This document shows positions 52,195 through 55,431 of a stretch of DNA of 55,431 bases, in pieces. The notes under the pieces were generated by a model, which ran no database searches, was not told the DNA's origin, and saw only the letters and a program-made list of their open reading frames with translations. The position numbers and the translations under genes were made by a program. Position 1 is the stretch's first letter. Every line of letters starts with the position of its first letter. Origin of the DNA: Octopus bimaculoides (lineage: Eukaryota); contig NC_068985.1 in the NCBI RefSeq assembly GCF_001194135.2, positions 39,262,315-39,317,745 on the forward strand, read 5' to 3'.

Positions 52195-52535
52195 GCTGGT
52201 GGGGTTATACCAAAACAATGGTGGACAAGGTCTGATCCAATTGAAATGAGATGCAGAGGTATTGCAGGCCAGTCCAGGCCCTCTGCATATCTTACAAACT
52301 ATATGGTCTCTCATAGGGGCCGGTAGGTTGAAGTTCATCAGGTTGACTATGGAGATAGTGGAGTTTGCATCAAAGTGGCTGTGCGAGCCTTGGAAGGGAC
52401 ATTACTACAAGGGGTCGAGCTAAGAGGAGGCAAGCCGAGGTTTGATCAATCCCGCAAGGGTCGCCGAAGGGAGAGCAATATCTGATTTTGAAAGACTCGA
52501 AACACTTAATAACCCCAGGGAGTTTCACTGACTAT
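52195..52535 (+). mobile_element. Second HERO-like 3' end relic
   Basis: PIEMRCRGIAGQS and EFASKWL motifs; 3' block GAAAGACTCGAAACACTTAATAACCCCAGG resembles HERO 3' termini as I recall them. Confidence 0.65.
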
Positions 52536-53244
52536 GTACGGAAAAGCTGAGATATATAATTACAAATTATGTACAAATACTGAGATTTTCACTTCAGTAT
52601 CATATTGTCCTATTACATTCACCCATCCAAAATGCATAAATGCGAGGCAGTAGATTCTCAGTAATGTATGTTGAATAGACAGATAACATGTTTGGGGTTT
52701 GGCATCTTCTTTCTGGATTTGGTTGCCTATAGATTTCTTTGCGAAATACTGTCCCGATATTTGGCAGGTTTTATCTTTAATCCTGCTGGATGCTCGCACA
52801 CCTTTCTTAACATTTAAACTGGGTATGGTCTGGTTGTGTTGCTGTACAAGTTGCACTGGAATACATATAACTAGTAGCAGGTAAAAGCTGACTGTCCACA
52901 AAACGTTCTGAAAATGTGTATGCATGCAAGGCCTTATTAATTTTTTACATAAGAAAGCATTCTATTGAATTCGTATAGCAAAAATGCATACTGAACTAAT
53001 TCACAATTAATTACTAAGCCAATGATTGGAGACAGGGTGGGAAAATAATGGAAAAGACATAGGATTTACAGAACACAATGATTGTGGCTGCACCAAATTA
53101 ACTTGAAATATACGACTGATCTTATGATTTATATTGTCAAAACTGAATTCTCACAAATGGAAATTCGTTAAACAATATTTCAAGTATATTTAACACTGAG
53201 TGAAGTGGTAAATGAATCTTCATAGGCACAATTGAAAATATAGC

Positions 53245-53390
53245 TTGCCTTTCTGGTTAAAATATTGGGCTCACTACCACAAGGTCATGGATTTGATTCC
53301 TTGACCAGGAGGCGCGTTCATTCGATGCGCAGGACTTGTTTCACGTTGTTCCAGCATACTTAGCTAAAAAATGAGGATCAACTTAATACT
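53245..53390 (+). mobile_element. Degenerate tRNA-derived SINE head
   Basis: TGGTTAAAATATTGGGCTCAC...GATTTGATTCC (A/B-box-like motifs). Confidence 0.5.
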
Positions 53391-53760
53391 GGTACATCCC
53401 TTGAGAAATGAAGGTGTCGCATTCTCGATGCTTCATTTTGTCAAGGGTGACAGAGAAGAAATGTCCTCTTTATCTGCTCACGACTACATAGTCACCCCCA
53501 ACAATTAACGAAAGTGTGGTATAAGCTACTGGGTCACAATCTAAAGTTTATCTGTCACTCGTTAGTAACTATAAACTGGTAGTTTGTACCATGTCTTTGC
53601 TAATCATTTCGTGTACGTAAGTAGTTGCGTACAGTTATGGAAGTCACACATGTAGACATTCATGTAATGTATTTCAAACAAATCAGTCACCAAGATCTGA
53701 AGTCAATTTCAATTTAATATATAATGTTAACGAAACATTTATCATTACATGCAATGTATA

Positions 53761-53951
53761 AGGCGGTGAGCTGACAGAATCGATAGCACGTCGGGCAAAA
53801 AGCTGAGCGGCATTTGATCCGTTTTCACATTCTGAGTTCAGATTCAACCGAGGTTGACTTTGCCTTTCATTCTTTCGCCACTGGGGCCGATGTAATCAAC
53901 TAGTCTTTCCCACAAAATTTTCAAGCGTTGTGCCTATGGTAGAAAGAATTA
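53761..53951 (+). mobile_element. SINE family A, tail-beta, internal deletion
   Basis: AGGCGGTGAGCTG head, TTGACTTTGCCTTTCATTCTTTCG core, TTGTGCCTATGGTAGAAAGAATT tail. Confidence 0.87.
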
Positions 53952-54329
53952 TATACAAGGAATTCAATCTGCCTCATGTATTCATCTGCCAACTATATAT
54001 ATATTTATCGAGCCGATATTAGAAATAGACTAGACCTTCAATATTTAAACACCCCTGTCGTGAATACAGCACAATACTGGTAACAAGATAAAAACTGCTT
54101 CATTGGTAGTGTTGTACATATGTTTCAAATTAGAATAGAAAGGAGTTCAAATATGTGGGCTAATTCCATATTATTGTAATAAAATAGTGTTAACATATTT
54201 ATGCAAGGAATTTAGTTTTCTCATATGTGCATTTATATACGTGTGCCCATTTGCAATCAATAGAAGTTCGCACCACTCAGTTTAGTGAACACAAGACATG
54301 TTTATTTGTACACACGCACTCGCTCACTC

Positions 54330-54397
54330 ACACACGCAAGTACATACACACTATGTATACATACATGCATATAAGTATGCATACGTGTATATATATG

Positions 54398-54436
<39 letters not shown>

Positions 54437-54515
54437 ATATATATACGTATATAGATATGTAGATGTATACACACACATACAAACATAAGTACACATAGAT
54501 ATATGCGTGTGTGTT
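54330..54515. repeat. (CA)/(TA)/(TG) microsatellite cluster
   Basis: Visible. Confidence 0.9.
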
Positions 54516-55431
54516 TTTAACAGTTTTCTACTTGCGCTTGAATGAGTTTTACGTTTTCCACATATGCATGTATGTTTGTGCAACTAAACATCTGCCTGTT
54601 AAAATCGATGAAGATATATGCATGCTCGTGTATGATCATATGTGAAGTTAACAGAATATTTAATTTGTGCATTGAAGTATAAATTCCTCAGGTAATTTCT
54701 GGAAACTTTCGCTTACATTCGTGTTTTGCCTGCTTTAATCTCAGAACGGATTCGATTATTTCGCCATCTTGGTAATTGAAAAGAAATAAAACATAAAAAT
54801 ATAAGGAAAATATAATGTGAATACTTTACTGTATCTCCTAAGGAGTGATCATACTGCTGTAGCCTAATCGCTATGAAATATTCTAAATCTGAAGTGTAGG
54901 AGAAAACTGCTTTAACATATATTTTCTTCTTACATGCTTTTCTAAACAGAAACCCTATGAGTGTTATAAAAAAAATCCTTTAAATGCTACGTGTTTACCA
55001 ACTGAAGATACATTTCTTGAGATAGATTTATTATAAGTAAAATAAAAGTTTTCTTTTGGTGCAAATACTGACACAATAGTTACACTTTGGTGACTACGAG
55101 CGTAGCCTAATGAAATCAGCCTCCAGAAAAAGATTACAGTGAATAAGAACTTCACTAAGGAAATGGTTCTTTTAGTGTTTCTATATCTGAAATGCTGCAA
55201 ATCTATGGCATCTGATCACAACTAATATGGAATTCTTTTCTGATAGTAAGTGGGTGATGGTATAGCTATGTAGTTAACAAGATGGGTTCGCAAGCTCGAG
55301 GCGTTGTGTACGTTCTTACAGTGCAGCATTTTAGGTAATTTTCTTTTGCCACAGTCTTGGACCAAACAATACATTGAGTGTGAAGCTGCAAGGGAAACTG
55401 CGAAACCTGGTCATATATATATATATATATA

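Noticed and set aside
53033-53055. CAGGGTGGGAAAATAATGGAAAA resembling the Tc1 TIR at 5340
   Set aside because: Short match with no partner TIR, no TA flank and no downstream homology.
54686-54772. AAGATGGCG (YY1/Kozak-like) on minus and CAG|GTAATT donor on plus
   Set aside because: The ATG reads M-A-K-stop and no matching acceptor or exon could be defined.

Overview
AT-rich eukaryotic scaffold segment with 10 N-gaps, dominated by microsatellites and decayed transposons. The SINE repertoire looks cephalopod (Octopus-like); this is recognition from memory, not a database result. I can support no intact protein-coding gene, RNA gene, operon or CRISPR array. Most long ORFs in the track are artefacts of N-runs and simple repeats. 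Recognisable content: 7 pieces of a Tx1/L1-clade LINE, a CR1-like LINE, an R4/RTE-type RT relic, two HERO-like RLE LINE ends, three Tc1 relics, a pogo/Tigger-type MITE, a Helitron 3' end, a probable Penelope LTR and many tRNA-derived SINEs. Main signals: (1) the young Tx1 copies insert in fixed register and orientation at GATA tracts (AAAGAAA-NN-TATC at 4 of 5 3' ends, AAAGAAG-TT-TATG at the fifth); (2) one SINE subfamily shares a 42-nt hairpin-bearing 3' tail with that Tx1 (35/42 identical); (3) a second SINE/LINE pair shares a tail whose hairpin is kept despite sequence change; (4) a candidate plus-strand non-coding or poison exon at 15022-15067 has a perfect branch point and an intervening hairpin. 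All mechanistic readings are inferences needing genome-wide or RNA-seq tests.
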